DNA from: Gammaproteobacteria bacterium
GTDB taxonomy: Bacteria > Pseudomonadota > Gammaproteobacteria > GCA-001735895
Direction of reading: 5' to 3'
Assembly: GCA_050298595.1 (NCBI GenBank)
Contig: JBNKUM010000048.1
Location: forward strand, 1 to 64,000
Length of the DNA stretch: 64,000 bases
Below the pieces are notes generated by a model. The model was not told where the DNA came from and searched no databases. It saw only the letters and a program-made list of their open reading frames with translations. Of the stretch, positions 40,053 to 48,816 are shown piece after piece. Both the position numbers and the translations under genes were made by a program. Positions within the stretch are counted from its first letter, which is position 1, and each line of letters opens with the position of its first letter.

Positions 40053-40694
40053 ATGAATCAGATACTAATATACTCAGACAGTCTCACTTGGGGAATTATC
40101 CCTAACACAAGGAAACGACTTACATACGATAAAAGATGGCCCGGGGTATTCGAAAAATCTTTATCTGAAATGGGCAAAAATATTCGTGTTATTGAAAATT
40201 GTCTTAATGGACGGAGAACAGCATGGAGTGACCCATTCAAAGAGGGTAGAGATGGTTCAGTCGGTTTGGCACAAGTTATTGAAATGAACTCCCCCTTAAA
40301 GCTTGTAATCTTAATGTTGGGAACTAATGATTTTCAATGTATGCATGATAATAATGCCTGGTTATCATCCCAGGGAATGGCTAAGTTAATAAACATAGTA
40401 CGTCAAGCCTCAATAGAGCCTGGAATGCCAGCGCCAGAAATATTGGTCGTTTCTCCACCAAAAATAATAAAACCCAAGGGTTCAATTGCACCAAAATTTA
40501 GTGGTGCTGAGAATAGAGATATCGGTCTTGCCTCTGAACTTGAACGAATCTCAAAGGAATATTCGACTTATTTCTTTGACACAGCTACCGTGACAGAGGC
40601 AAGTGCTGTTGATGGTATTCACCTGGATGAAAATCAACATTTAGAACTAGGTAAAGCAATTGCAAAGGCTGTTGCAGATGTCATCACCTTCTAA
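40053..40694 (+). CDS. SGNH/GDSL hydrolase, integron cassette (start ATG 40053)
   Basis: DSLTWG, LNGRRT, MLGTND and DGIH blocks. Start core GTTAGAAGG is complementary to end CCTTCTAAC. Confidence 0.9.
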   Translation: MNQILIYSDSLTWGIIPNTRKRLTYDKRWPGVFEKSLSEMGKNIRVIENCLNGRRTAWSDPFKEGRDGSVGLAQVIEMNSPLKLVILMLGTNDFQCMHDNNAWLSSQGMAKLINIVRQASIEPGMPAPEILVVSPPKIIKPKGSIAPKFSGAENRDIGLASELERISKEYSTYFFDTATVTEASAVDGIHLDENQHLELGKAIAKAVADVITF

Positions 40695-40753
40695 CAATGC
40701 CTTCAAAGATGGACGCCGCACAAACTCGGCGCTCTTTAACTTAACCGTTATGC
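40689..40753 (+). other. attC site
   Basis: TTCTAACAATGCCTTCAAAGA...CGCCG/CGGCG...TCTTTAACTTAACCGTTATGC. Confidence 0.82.
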
Positions 40754-40765
40754 GTAGGAAGAAAC

Positions 40766-41194
40766 GTGACTAAAAAAATTGATTTTGATTTGGCTTGGGG
40801 CGGTTACTATGTGTGTTCCGAAAAAGACAGTGATGCTTTTTCAGTTATTCGAATACTTGACTTCAATCGTGATGCATACCATGCCTCGCTTTATGACGAG
40901 TCCTTCGACGACATTCCAAGCGCTATTGATATCGAGAAGCTTTCTCCATTTATAGGTCATGCGCCAATAGATGCAAAAGGTCTTTTAAAATATGAAATGT
41001 TGACCCTAATAGATAGAAAGCCATTAACTCGAAGTGACTTAGAAGGTTATATGTACTATCTGGCTGAGTTTGATGTTTCTGAAGATGAAAGGGAAGAACT
41101 TACTAATTCGTTAATAAATTTTAGTAATGAAAAACCTATGGCTTTGAGCCTATATCTTTCTGAGGGTGAACTTCAAATTGAAGAGAGGGTATAA
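40766..41194 (+). CDS. Hypothetical acidic protein, integron cassette
   Basis: 142-aa ORF with AGGA RBS, bounded by attC sites; no family recognised. Confidence 0.75.
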   Translation: MTKKIDFDLAWGGYYVCSEKDSDAFSVIRILDFNRDAYHASLYDESFDDIPSAIDIEKLSPFIGHAPIDAKGLLKYEMLTLIDRKPLTRSDLEGYMYYLAEFDVSEDEREELTNSLINFSNEKPMALSLYLSEGELQIEERV

Positions 41195-41209
41195 GATTGA
41201 CGATAAAGC

Positions 41210-41288
41210 ACATAAGAATAGGGTCAAGTTGCTCCCTGAGGTCACGGGAATCTGGCTACCTCTCGCCCCCTTACCCTGTGTGTTATGT
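41210..41288 (+). other. attC site (inverse core mutated to ACATAAG)
   Basis: ACATAAGAATAGGGTCAAG...CTTACCCTGTGTGTTATGT; AGGGT(C)AAG/CTTACCCT L-box pairing with one extrahelical base. Confidence 0.78.
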
Positions 41289-41296
41289 GAATCAGT

Positions 41297-41599
41297 ATGA
41301 GTAGGCTAGCTCCTAAACAGAAAGAACTCTGGGAGAAAATCCAAAGAATACTCTGGGAAAAGTGGGACCCAATCGGAGTCTACGAAGAAGATAGTGAATG
41401 GGACGATGAGTACGATAGCTATGCGCCCCACATATTTAGATTGGTAATTGAAGGAAATGATCATATTCGTATTGCAGCGTCATTAACTTCAACAATAAAT
41501 CAAAATATTGGGTTGAGTGCCAGTAATAATAATGAGCACGACTTAAAAGTAGCTAAGTTAATTGTTCAGGCTAAAAAAGAAATTCTAGGCAGATACTGA
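41297..41599 (+). CDS. Hypothetical protein with WDPIGV...DEYDSY motif (DUF1871/YugE-like), integron cassette
   Basis: 100-aa ORF directly after an attC; its stop codon lies inside the adjacent intron remnant. Confidence 0.75.
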   Translation: MSRLAPKQKELWEKIQRILWEKWDPIGVYEEDSEWDDEYDSYAPHIFRLVIEGNDHIRIAASLTSTINQNIGLSASNNNEHDLKVAKLIVQAKKEILGRY

Positions 41600-41752
41600 G
41601 ATACTTCATCGGGCAAATCGAATTTCATGTCAAGTGTCAATCGGGCTGTAGCCGGATGGTGAATCTAACACCATAGCTTCACATGAAGATGAGTCTTATC
41701 TTTTCGAAATGTGCATTGTTCAAACCGGCATTGGTCGCCAGTAACTTTTACG
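41595..41752 (-). pseudogene. Second, more decayed group IIC intron remnant
   Basis: Aligns to 37209-37384 with substitutions, an in-frame stop (LWC*IHHPATAR) and a deletion between TCGCCAGT repeats; DV/DVI are absent. Confidence 0.85.
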
Positions 41753-41766
41753 AAGAGCGCCGAGGC

Positions 41767-41798
41767 TCAGGTCTTGTCTTTTGACTATCAACCTGACA
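41767..41798 (+). repeat. 32-bp imperfect direct repeat, copy 1 (copy 2 at 42516-42547)
   Basis: TCAGGTCTTGTCTTTTGACTATCAACCTGACA vs TCAAGTCATGTCTTTTGCCTATTCACCTAACA; 26/32 identical by manual alignment. Confidence 0.6.
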
Positions 41799-41883
41799 GT
41801 AGAGACTAGACCTACAGGGCGGACCTACTTAAGATAGAAACTACACCCATATATTGAAACACATGAGTAGTGAGATTTAATCC

Positions 41884-42492
41884 ATGAAAAATTTTTTTAA
41901 AAAATCTATATTAGGTGGTCTGGTTGTTATATTGCCTGTTGCCATTTTAGCGTTTTTCTTTAAATGGCTATTCAGGTTAGTAACAGATCTTATCCAGCCA
42001 CTGACTGACTATGCATCTGGAAGGTATTCTGTCCCTGAAATTGTCGCGGACATGCTTGTTATTATGATTATCGTGTTTAGCTGTTTTTTTGTGGGCGTAC
42101 TGGTCAGCACTAAACTTGGCAATTTTCTGCATCGGACATTTGACGATGTATTGCAACAGATGGCACCCGGTTACCGAATGGTTAAGGAAGTGGTCGTGCA
42201 ATTATTTGGTTCGTCAGGGAAATCGCCTTTTTCTAACGGTATCGTCGCCCGGGTCAGAATATTTGGTGCTGATTGCCCGACAGAAATAACGGGGTTAGTG
42301 GTAGACCGTTCTATTGATGATACCTTTACTGTTTTTGTGCCGACAGGACCTAACCCTACATCAGGCAATATCTACCACGTGCAAAAAAATCAGGTCACTT
42401 TGTATCCTGATATTAAACTGGATTCTGCAATGCGTACGGTGATTGCCTGTGGTGCAGGTTCTGCTGAAATATTTAAAGATAAGGTGGTTTGA
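41884..42492 (+). CDS. DUF502-family membrane protein
   Basis: Two N-terminal TMs (GGLVVILPV...) and the VFVPTGPNPTSG signature. Confidence 0.85.
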   Translation: MKNFFKKSILGGLVVILPVAILAFFFKWLFRLVTDLIQPLTDYASGRYSVPEIVADMLVIMIIVFSCFFVGVLVSTKLGNFLHRTFDDVLQQMAPGYRMVKEVVVQLFGSSGKSPFSNGIVARVRIFGADCPTEITGLVVDRSIDDTFTVFVPTGPNPTSGNIYHVQKNQVTLYPDIKLDSAMRTVIACGAGSAEIFKDKVV

Positions 42493-42515
42493 CAGAGTCT
42501 AAGGTGGAGCCACGA

Positions 42516-42547
42516 TCAAGTCATGTCTTTTGCCTATTCACCTAACA
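42516..42547 (+). repeat. 32-bp imperfect direct repeat, copy 2
   Basis: See 41767-41798. Confidence 0.6.
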
Positions 42548-42675
42548 CGGATTTAAGGAGAGAGATTCTATGATCAGTGCCACTTCATTTAACTGCATGA
42601 CCAGGCTGTGGATAGTTTTTTTGTCATCAATAAGCGCTAATCCAAAAAAACGAAGCCCCCTCCTCCCCAATATCT

Positions 42676-42876
42676 TCAGAGAGGGGAAATAGGATTCATA
42701 GCCTCAAGATAAGACGATTCCTTTAAATACTGCCGCTGTCCGTCCCAGCCAAGAATCTGGTCATGATTATCGACATCAAATTTTAACTTACCAACCAATT
42801 TGAATGGCTCCTGATACCAGATCTGATTGTCTGAATCAAAATAGATAGTGCCATAATAAATCTTGTTGAGCCTCAT
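42676..42876 (-). CDS. Small hypothetical protein
   Basis: 66-aa ORF (MRLNKIYYGTIYFDSDNQIW...) with a GAGGAG RBS upstream; fills an otherwise empty gap. Confidence 0.45.
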   Translation of the reverse strand: MRLNKIYYGTIYFDSDNQIWYQEPFKLVGKLKFDVDNHDQILGWDGQRQYLKESSYLEAMNPISPL

Positions 42877-42973
42877 GTAATTGAACACTCCTCGACCTTT
42901 CTGCCGCTTTTTAATATAAAAGGAGTCGGATATAGGAAAGCACTAAATAATGAGCTAATTAAAGATGAATTAG

Positions 42974-43124
42974 GGAAGATCTGAATAATTCATCCATGAA
43001 TTATCAGAGCACGAAAAATGAAAAGTGTGATTTTCGTTTTTCTCACAAAATCAATGGCTTGTAACCATCAATTTTGGCGGCACATCCCTGTACCGCAGGA
43101 TCCTCTGAATTAATCAGAGATTCC
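42974..43124. mobile_element. 151-bp IS5-type MITE, copy 2
   Basis: TIRs GGAAGATCTGAATAATTCA / TGAATTAATCAGAGATTCC; TTAG duplication at 42970-42973 and 43125-43128; near-identical to 2223-2373. Confidence 0.85.
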
Positions 43125-43292
43125 TTAGAAAGTTCTGAGAGGTTTCTTAATCCCTCGAAATTTGAAGACTATTTTGTAGTCGCTAAGGCTGCTGACAAAG
43201 AACATGAAATTACAATAGAATTTATGATAATTAATCCGTCACAACAGTATGTTTCCGAGCTTAACAAAGATAACAATTAATAATGATTGAAG

Positions 43293-43364
43293 GCATAACA
43301 AGGTCAATTCAGATGGATAGCAGGCGATATGTCGCATAAGTCTACCGTTACCATCCCGTTAAAC
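43293..43364 (+). other. Degenerate attC-like site overlapping the pabB start
   Basis: GCATAACAAGGTCAATTCAGATGGATAGC...GTTACCATCCCGTTAAAC; follows an AT-rich 3' gene fragment ending at 43280. Confidence 0.45.
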
Positions 43365-45128
43365 AGGAAGGTTTTACCCGGCGAAGTTATTCTGTTTGAC
43401 AGGTCGATGGATGTTTGGCTGCTCTTTCAAAATCCGCTGGAAATAGTTTCTGCTAATTCATTATCTGAAGTGAAGGAGAAATTGGAACGGGTGGAAAATC
43501 TGACACAACAACAAGGTTTCCACGCTGCTGGATTTATCAGCTATGAAGCTTCTCCGGCATTTGATAATGCACTTCGGGTCAATTCTAATAACCGGTTTCC
43601 GCTGCTTTGGTTTGCCGTTTATGAAGAGGCTGTTCCTGTCACATTTACAGAAACAGAAACTGCTGATGTAAAAAGTGAATTCGAATGGACCCCAAGTGTT
43701 ACACGAGCAGAATATAATCAGGCGATTGACCGCATCAAAAAGCATATCGCTGAGGGGGATACCTACCAGGTAAACTATACCTTTAAGTTACAAAAAGGCA
43801 TGGATGACAATGGGTTTCGTTTATTTATGGATCTGGCTCAGTCTCAGGGAAGCGGCTATCCGGCTTATATTAATACCGGTGAATACGTGATCTGCTCGGT
43901 TTCACCGGAGCTATTTTTTTCAATGGATGGTGATCGAATAACCACCCGACCAATGAAAGGAACGGCTCCAAGAGGTCGCTTTATAAAGGAAGATAGAGAA
44001 AAAGCAGAGTGGTTACACAAATCAGAAAAAAACAGGGCCGAAAACCTGATGATCGTTGATATGATCAGGAATGATCTTGGCAAGGTAGCCAAAACAGGAA
44101 GTGTACAGGTTGATCATCTTTTCGATGTCGAGAAATATCCGACGGTATGGCAGATGACATCAACAGTCTCTGCAAAATCAGTAGCAACAATCAGCGAAAT
44201 TATAACGGCTCTTTTTCCATGTGCTTCAATAACCGGTGCCCCAAAAGCGAATACGATGAAGATTATAAGCGACCTGGAATCGTCGCCACGGAATATCTAC
44301 ACGGGAAGCATTGGTTATATCAGGCCTGGTAGAAAAATCCAGTTTAACGTTGCCATTCGTACCATATTGATCGACAGGAAGCACTCGACTGCTGAATACG
44401 GCGTAGGCGGGGGAATCGTGTGGGATTCGGCCAAAACTGATGAATACGAGGAGTGCAAAGTCAAAGCAAGAGTTCTGTCGGATAGGCGCCCGGAATTTTC
44501 CTTGCTTGAAACTATGCTGTGGTCACCACAGGAAGGGTATGTATTGCTAGATGAGCATATGCAGCGTCTCAAAGATTCTGCCGCTTATTTTGACTACCCT
44601 TTGAATTCAAGACTTGTCCATTCACAGCTAACACAGCTGGTTTCGGATGTGGACAAATCCGATTACAAAGTGAGACTCCTGTTAGCTCCTGATGGGTCAC
44701 TGAGTTTGCAAAAATACAAGTTAGACTTATCTTCATCAGATCATGTTCGCCTGGCCCTGGCGGCTGAACCGGTTCGATCTGATAATATCTTTCTCTACCA
44801 TAAAACGACGAACCGCGAAGTCTATGACTATGCTCGGAGTCTGGTGCAGCAAGAATGTGATGATCTATTGTTGTGGAACGAACAAGGTGAAATCACCGAA
44901 TCGACCATAGCCAATGTTGTCGTACAGATAGATGGAAAGCTTTATACCCCACCGGTTTCCTGCGGTCTTCTTGCGGGAACCTTTCGCCAATCACTGATCC
45001 GGCAAGGCAGAGTTCAGGAGATGGTCATACCTGTTTCCAGGCTTAAGGATTGCGAAAAAATATTCCTCATCAATTCTGTTCGTCTCTGGCGCGATGTGGA
45101 GATCATCGACGGGATCGGACCTACATAG
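43329..45128 (+). CDS. pabB: Aminodeoxychorismate synthase component I fused to class IV aminotransferase / ADC lyase (PabB-PabC fusion)
   Basis: GDTYQVN, SPELFF, PMKGT, AENLMIVDMIRNDLG and FPCASITGAPK; C-terminal HKTT, ITESTIAN and CGLLAGT. Confidence 0.9.
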   Translation: MSHKSTVTIPLNRKVLPGEVILFDRSMDVWLLFQNPLEIVSANSLSEVKEKLERVENLTQQQGFHAAGFISYEASPAFDNALRVNSNNRFPLLWFAVYEEAVPVTFTETETADVKSEFEWTPSVTRAEYNQAIDRIKKHIAEGDTYQVNYTFKLQKGMDDNGFRLFMDLAQSQGSGYPAYINTGEYVICSVSPELFFSMDGDRITTRPMKGTAPRGRFIKEDREKAEWLHKSEKNRAENLMIVDMIRNDLGKVAKTGSVQVDHLFDVEKYPTVWQMTSTVSAKSVATISEIITALFPCASITGAPKANTMKIISDLESSPRNIYTGSIGYIRPGRKIQFNVAIRTILIDRKHSTAEYGVGGGIVWDSAKTDEYEECKVKARVLSDRRPEFSLLETMLWSPQEGYVLLDEHMQRLKDSAAYFDYPLNSRLVHSQLTQLVSDVDKSDYKVRLLLAPDGSLSLQKYKLDLSSSDHVRLALAAEPVRSDNIFLYHKTTNREVYDYARSLVQQECDDLLLWNEQGEITESTIANVVVQIDGKLYTPPVSCGLLAGTFRQSLIRQGRVQEMVIPVSRLKDCEKIFLINSVRLWRDVEIIDGIGPT

Positions 45129-45443
45129 CCTTCTAATATTATTTAATTTTAGCCCTGAAAAAACCTCAATTTAACGCTTAAATGACTCATATTCAGGTCT
45201 CCCTATGAGACGCCTGGACTGCTGCATAGCCCTGTGTCCGAGTTTCCTCTTCTGTGCCTGAATATCAGCTATTTGCCCCAGAGGACCTTATAGGAATTTG
45301 CTGGACTACCTGCTCGGTCGAGATAGCACAGTCTACCCTTAGTCGTCTCGCCTCTGCGCTCAGAGAGGTGAACCATCATTGGCTATTATTCCGGAGCAGT
45401 TGCGATTATCCTAGCCTCTAAATGGATTTAGGCTGGAGTTTGT

Positions 45444-46607
45444 GTGGTTATTAACATCAATTTTCTTTCCGTATTGTATCTAATTGGGGCGGCGCAAGGG
45501 TTATTCCTGGCGGCTGCTTTGGCGACAAAAGATATTGGCAGCCATGTTGCTAATAAATATCTGGCCCTCTTTCTGTTTATTTTCAGCCTGTCACTCATTG
45601 ATGAGTTCTTTTTTCAATCTCACTACTTTTATGATTACCCGCACCTCATCGGATTGATCTGGCCGCTAGATTTTCTGTATGGCCCGATATTCTATTACTA
45701 CCTTCGCCTGTTAACGGCAGCCGACCCGGACGAGGCCAGCCGGAGTAAGCGCAAGCATTTCGCACTATTTGGCGTAGGCATTTTGCTGGCAATTCCATTC
45801 TGGGTGTTATCTGGAGAACAAAAGCTGGCGTTTATGTATAACCTTCCCGATGAGCCGAGTCAGTCAACAATGGTTGTAGTCACCGATTTAACCGCTAGTT
45901 TATTAGCCATTATTCAAATGCTGGTTTATCTGGTGCTATGTTTTCGCACGCTTAAGCTACATCAAGCGGCAGTGGAGGATAACTTTTCAAGCCTGGAGAA
46001 AGTAAATCTTGCCTGGCTACGCTCACTACTATGGATGTTGGTAATGCTTTGGGCGTTTTATCTGATCGATATCTTTTTCTCTGAACCTTTCGGAATGGGA
46101 GAATCTTTCGGAGAGGCCCTGCACATTTGTCTTGTATTGATCTTTTATGCCATGGGGTATCGAGGGATGCGACAGGGGAAGATTTTCCAGAAACCAGAGA
46201 CAATTGCGGCTTCATCAGCTCCGACAGGGCCTAAATATGCCTCTTCGGGGCTAGCTAAAGAGGTAAGTCCCAGGATCGCCGAGTTACTTCAAAAGTGTAT
46301 GTCCGAATCCAGGCCCTATCTAAAGAATGACCTGACCCTGGCGGAATTAGCCGAGATGGTAGGGGTAACCAGTCATCACTTATCACAGGCAATCAACGAA
46401 CAACTTGGCAGGAACTTTTTTGACTTCATTAATCAGTTTCGTGTACAGGAAGCGAAAGCCCTGCTATTTCAGGCAGCCCCCAAAATGACCGTAATTGAAG
46501 TCGCCATGGAGTCAGGTTTTAATTCAAAGACTGCTTTTTATGAGGCGTTTAAGAAACACACCGGGATGAATCCCTCTCAATTCAGAAAAAATCATTCAAA
46601 TTCATGA
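45444..46607 (+). CDS. Membrane-anchored AraC-family regulator (multi-TM N-terminus + C-terminal AraC HTH)
   Basis: About seven hydrophobic segments, then LTLAELAE...HHLSQAIN...NFFDFINQFRV...SGFNSKTAFYEAFKK. Confidence 0.9.
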   Translation: MVININFLSVLYLIGAAQGLFLAAALATKDIGSHVANKYLALFLFIFSLSLIDEFFFQSHYFYDYPHLIGLIWPLDFLYGPIFYYYLRLLTAADPDEASRSKRKHFALFGVGILLAIPFWVLSGEQKLAFMYNLPDEPSQSTMVVVTDLTASLLAIIQMLVYLVLCFRTLKLHQAAVEDNFSSLEKVNLAWLRSLLWMLVMLWAFYLIDIFFSEPFGMGESFGEALHICLVLIFYAMGYRGMRQGKIFQKPETIAASSAPTGPKYASSGLAKEVSPRIAELLQKCMSESRPYLKNDLTLAELAEMVGVTSHHLSQAINEQLGRNFFDFINQFRVQEAKALLFQAAPKMTVIEVAMESGFNSKTAFYEAFKKHTGMNPSQFRKNHSNS

Positions 46608-46728
46608 TGCTTCAATAACTCATTGAAAATGATACTGTATTTTTTATCCGCATTTATCGGGACGGAAGGATTTGGGCTTTAGCAGCGCTATACTAATCGC
46701 TCATTAACGAACAGAAAGGATGGTATTA

Positions 46729-47079
46729 ATGGATAATAAAGCGTTGATTCTCTTGATGACTGTGGTAATTATCAATGGTTGTAGCTCTTACAAACCGCTG
46801 GAGGATGGTGTATTTAAAGTAGGTTACAAGGAGACCAAATTAGAGAATGGTGGCTACCTGCTAACCTATTACGGGTCCGACCATGATAACGAGGAAGATG
46901 TAGAAAAATTCTGGCATCGTCGTGCCCGGGAGTTGTGCTCCCCAGCCGAGTATGAAGTTGTAAAAGGCCACGCAGGCGAGTGGAAAAGTGAGGGCTATGT
47001 CGTACTACCCCCCGTTTTAGTAGCTGCAGAGAATGCTAACCCCACCTTTAGTGGCGAGGTGCATTGTAAGCCTAAGTGA
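46729..47079 (+). CDS. Small lipoprotein (CC0125/CC1285-like)
   Basis: Lipobox INGC, then YKP...GYKETKL...YLLTYYG...RRARELC and a C-terminal Cys; AAGGA RBS favours a start at 46729. Confidence 0.75.
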   Translation: MDNKALILLMTVVIINGCSSYKPLEDGVFKVGYKETKLENGGYLLTYYGSDHDNEEDVEKFWHRRARELCSPAEYEVVKGHAGEWKSEGYVVLPPVLVAAENANPTFSGEVHCKPK

Positions 47080-47108
47080 CTTATGCAATGAGTCTGCTGA
47101 ATACTTGA

Positions 47109-47161
47109 TCGCCTTGAGCTGAAAGCGAAGAGCCTTATGCCCAAGCTGTAGCTCAAGGCGA
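47109..47161. repeat. 12-bp perfect inverted repeat (REP-like or terminator-like)
   Basis: TCGCCTTGAGCT (47109-47120) and AGCTCAAGGCGA (47150-47161), between convergent genes. Confidence 0.5.
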
Positions 47162-47370
47162 AAATCCATACACTCAAGTCGTGCCTTTTGCCTGTTCACC
47201 TGGCGACCCCAGAGTTAAAATGATGCTGCTATAAAGAAATCCTCCTGGTCCTTATGTTCATCACTCACTCAGATTTCGCATACCTGCTTGCTGTATTCAC
47301 CCCAAACAATTGACAAAACTAGCCCTGTATTTTTAATCTCTCAAAAATAAATTTCACACTATTACAGGGT

Positions 47371-48651
47371 TCAATTCATTGCGGACTCACGGCTAAACAG
47401 TATCAGCACAAATGATAATAATGCCCATCCAGCCAATAATGAAAATCCGGCTGAGTAGGCATCCAGGTTATAGACTTTAACCTGATTGACTGTTTCCCCC
47501 TGCCAGCCCCGATCTAGCATCCAGCCAACTGCTGGCTGCAAAACCATCGGCCCGGTCATCACGCCCATATTGACAACCCCGGACACTGTACCAGAGAGAT
47601 TTTGAGGAACCGACTCCTTGGCAAAGGCAAACCCTAAAATCATGCACCCCGAAGCCAGCCCAATGATCATTAACAAAGTGATCAACCAGATTTTTTCCAG
47701 ATCTGGAACCAGATAGATAATACTCCAGCCCAGTGCTATCACTGCGCAACCAAAGATATAAAGAGGTTTACGTCGTCCAAAGTGGTCTGAGAAAAATCCA
47801 AACAGGGGGCCTGCTATAGCCCAGGCGATCAACATGGCTGAACAGATGGCTGCAGCTTCTGTTTTACTCATTCCATGATGGGTCACCAGAAATGGTACAC
47901 CCCACAATCCGGCAAAGGCTGTAATACTTCCAACCACCCCACCAGGGACTATGCTTAACACCCAGGTATTTTTAAAGCGAAATACCTCCCGCAAACCCTT
48001 CAGAGCGTGTATCCAGGGTTGAGTATCGGTACTGGATTCCATACTAATATGACCCTGATACCCCTTTTCTCGAGGATCATCGCGCACCACGATCCACACA
48101 ATCAATCCAATAATAATGGGCCATGCGGCCGACACAGCCATCACCTGTCGCCAGCCATAGGACTCTATCCACATCTGTAAAGGCACCCCCGCAAACACGG
48201 CCCCCACAATACCCACAAATAATGCCATGCCTGAGGCCAGAGCAAACTGACGTGGTAAAAACCAGTGGTGTGCCAGTTTTAACATGCTGACAAAAGTGAC
48301 CGCTACCGAGCCTCCAATCAATAAACGGCCTATACCCGCCAGTCCTATATCGGATGAAAAGGCGAACATTAAAGATCCTAAACCCGCGACCAGAGCTCCT
48401 GCTGTTAATAAACGTCTGGGCCCCCAGATATCCGCCAGGATACCTGTCGGAATCTGCATCGCCACATAGCTATAAAAATACAGTGCTGAAAGATTGCCCA
48501 GTGCTGCTGCACTCAAGCCAAACTCGACACTTAATTCGGATGTCATGACTCCAGGTGCAACACGCTGAAAAAATGCAAACAAGTAAAGTGCAGCTGCCAG
48601 CCCCCATATCGTCCAGCTCAGACGTAGAGGCGGTAAAGATTTATTGTTCAT
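47371..48651 (-). CDS. MFS transporter
   Basis: About 12 TMs; motif A in both halves (GILADIWGPRR, GFFSDHFGRRK). Confidence 0.9.
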   Translation of the reverse strand: MNNKSLPPLRLSWTIWGLAAALYLFAFFQRVAPGVMTSELSVEFGLSAAALGNLSALYFYSYVAMQIPTGILADIWGPRRLLTAGALVAGLGSLMFAFSSDIGLAGIGRLLIGGSVAVTFVSMLKLAHHWFLPRQFALASGMALFVGIVGAVFAGVPLQMWIESYGWRQVMAVSAAWPIIIGLIVWIVVRDDPREKGYQGHISMESSTDTQPWIHALKGLREVFRFKNTWVLSIVPGGVVGSITAFAGLWGVPFLVTHHGMSKTEAAAICSAMLIAWAIAGPLFGFFSDHFGRRKPLYIFGCAVIALGWSIIYLVPDLEKIWLITLLMIIGLASGCMILGFAFAKESVPQNLSGTVSGVVNMGVMTGPMVLQPAVGWMLDRGWQGETVNQVKVYNLDAYSAGFSLLAGWALLSFVLILFSRESAMN

Positions 48652-48816
48652 TATTATTAGAAACTCTGGTTAATAGGTAACTACAAGGCCTACGAAGACT
48701 TGGCAGTTTGCAGATTGCCACGCTATACCAGCAATGACAATCAATACTGAATCATTCAGAGTTTTTCTGAAAAGAACCAGGGCCTGTTAACACTAATTTT
48801 ATTGTCTTTGTTGTGG

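Larger units (their letters stand above)
36592..41752 (+). mobile_element. Integron gene-cassette array lacking an integrase (CALIN)
   Basis: Seven small co-oriented ORFs separated by RYYYAAC...GTTRRRY-type imperfect palindromes; several cassettes have complementary start and end core sites; no tyrosine recombinase in the window. Confidence 0.88.

Noticed and set aside
36592-41288. CRISPR array or tandem repeat interpretation of the spaced palindromes
   Set aside because: The repeats are not identical, are separated by whole genes, and have attC core sites; no cas genes are present.
43074-43280. 68-aa ORF
   Set aside because: Its start lies inside the MITE; at most a chimeric read-through into a truncated gene tail.
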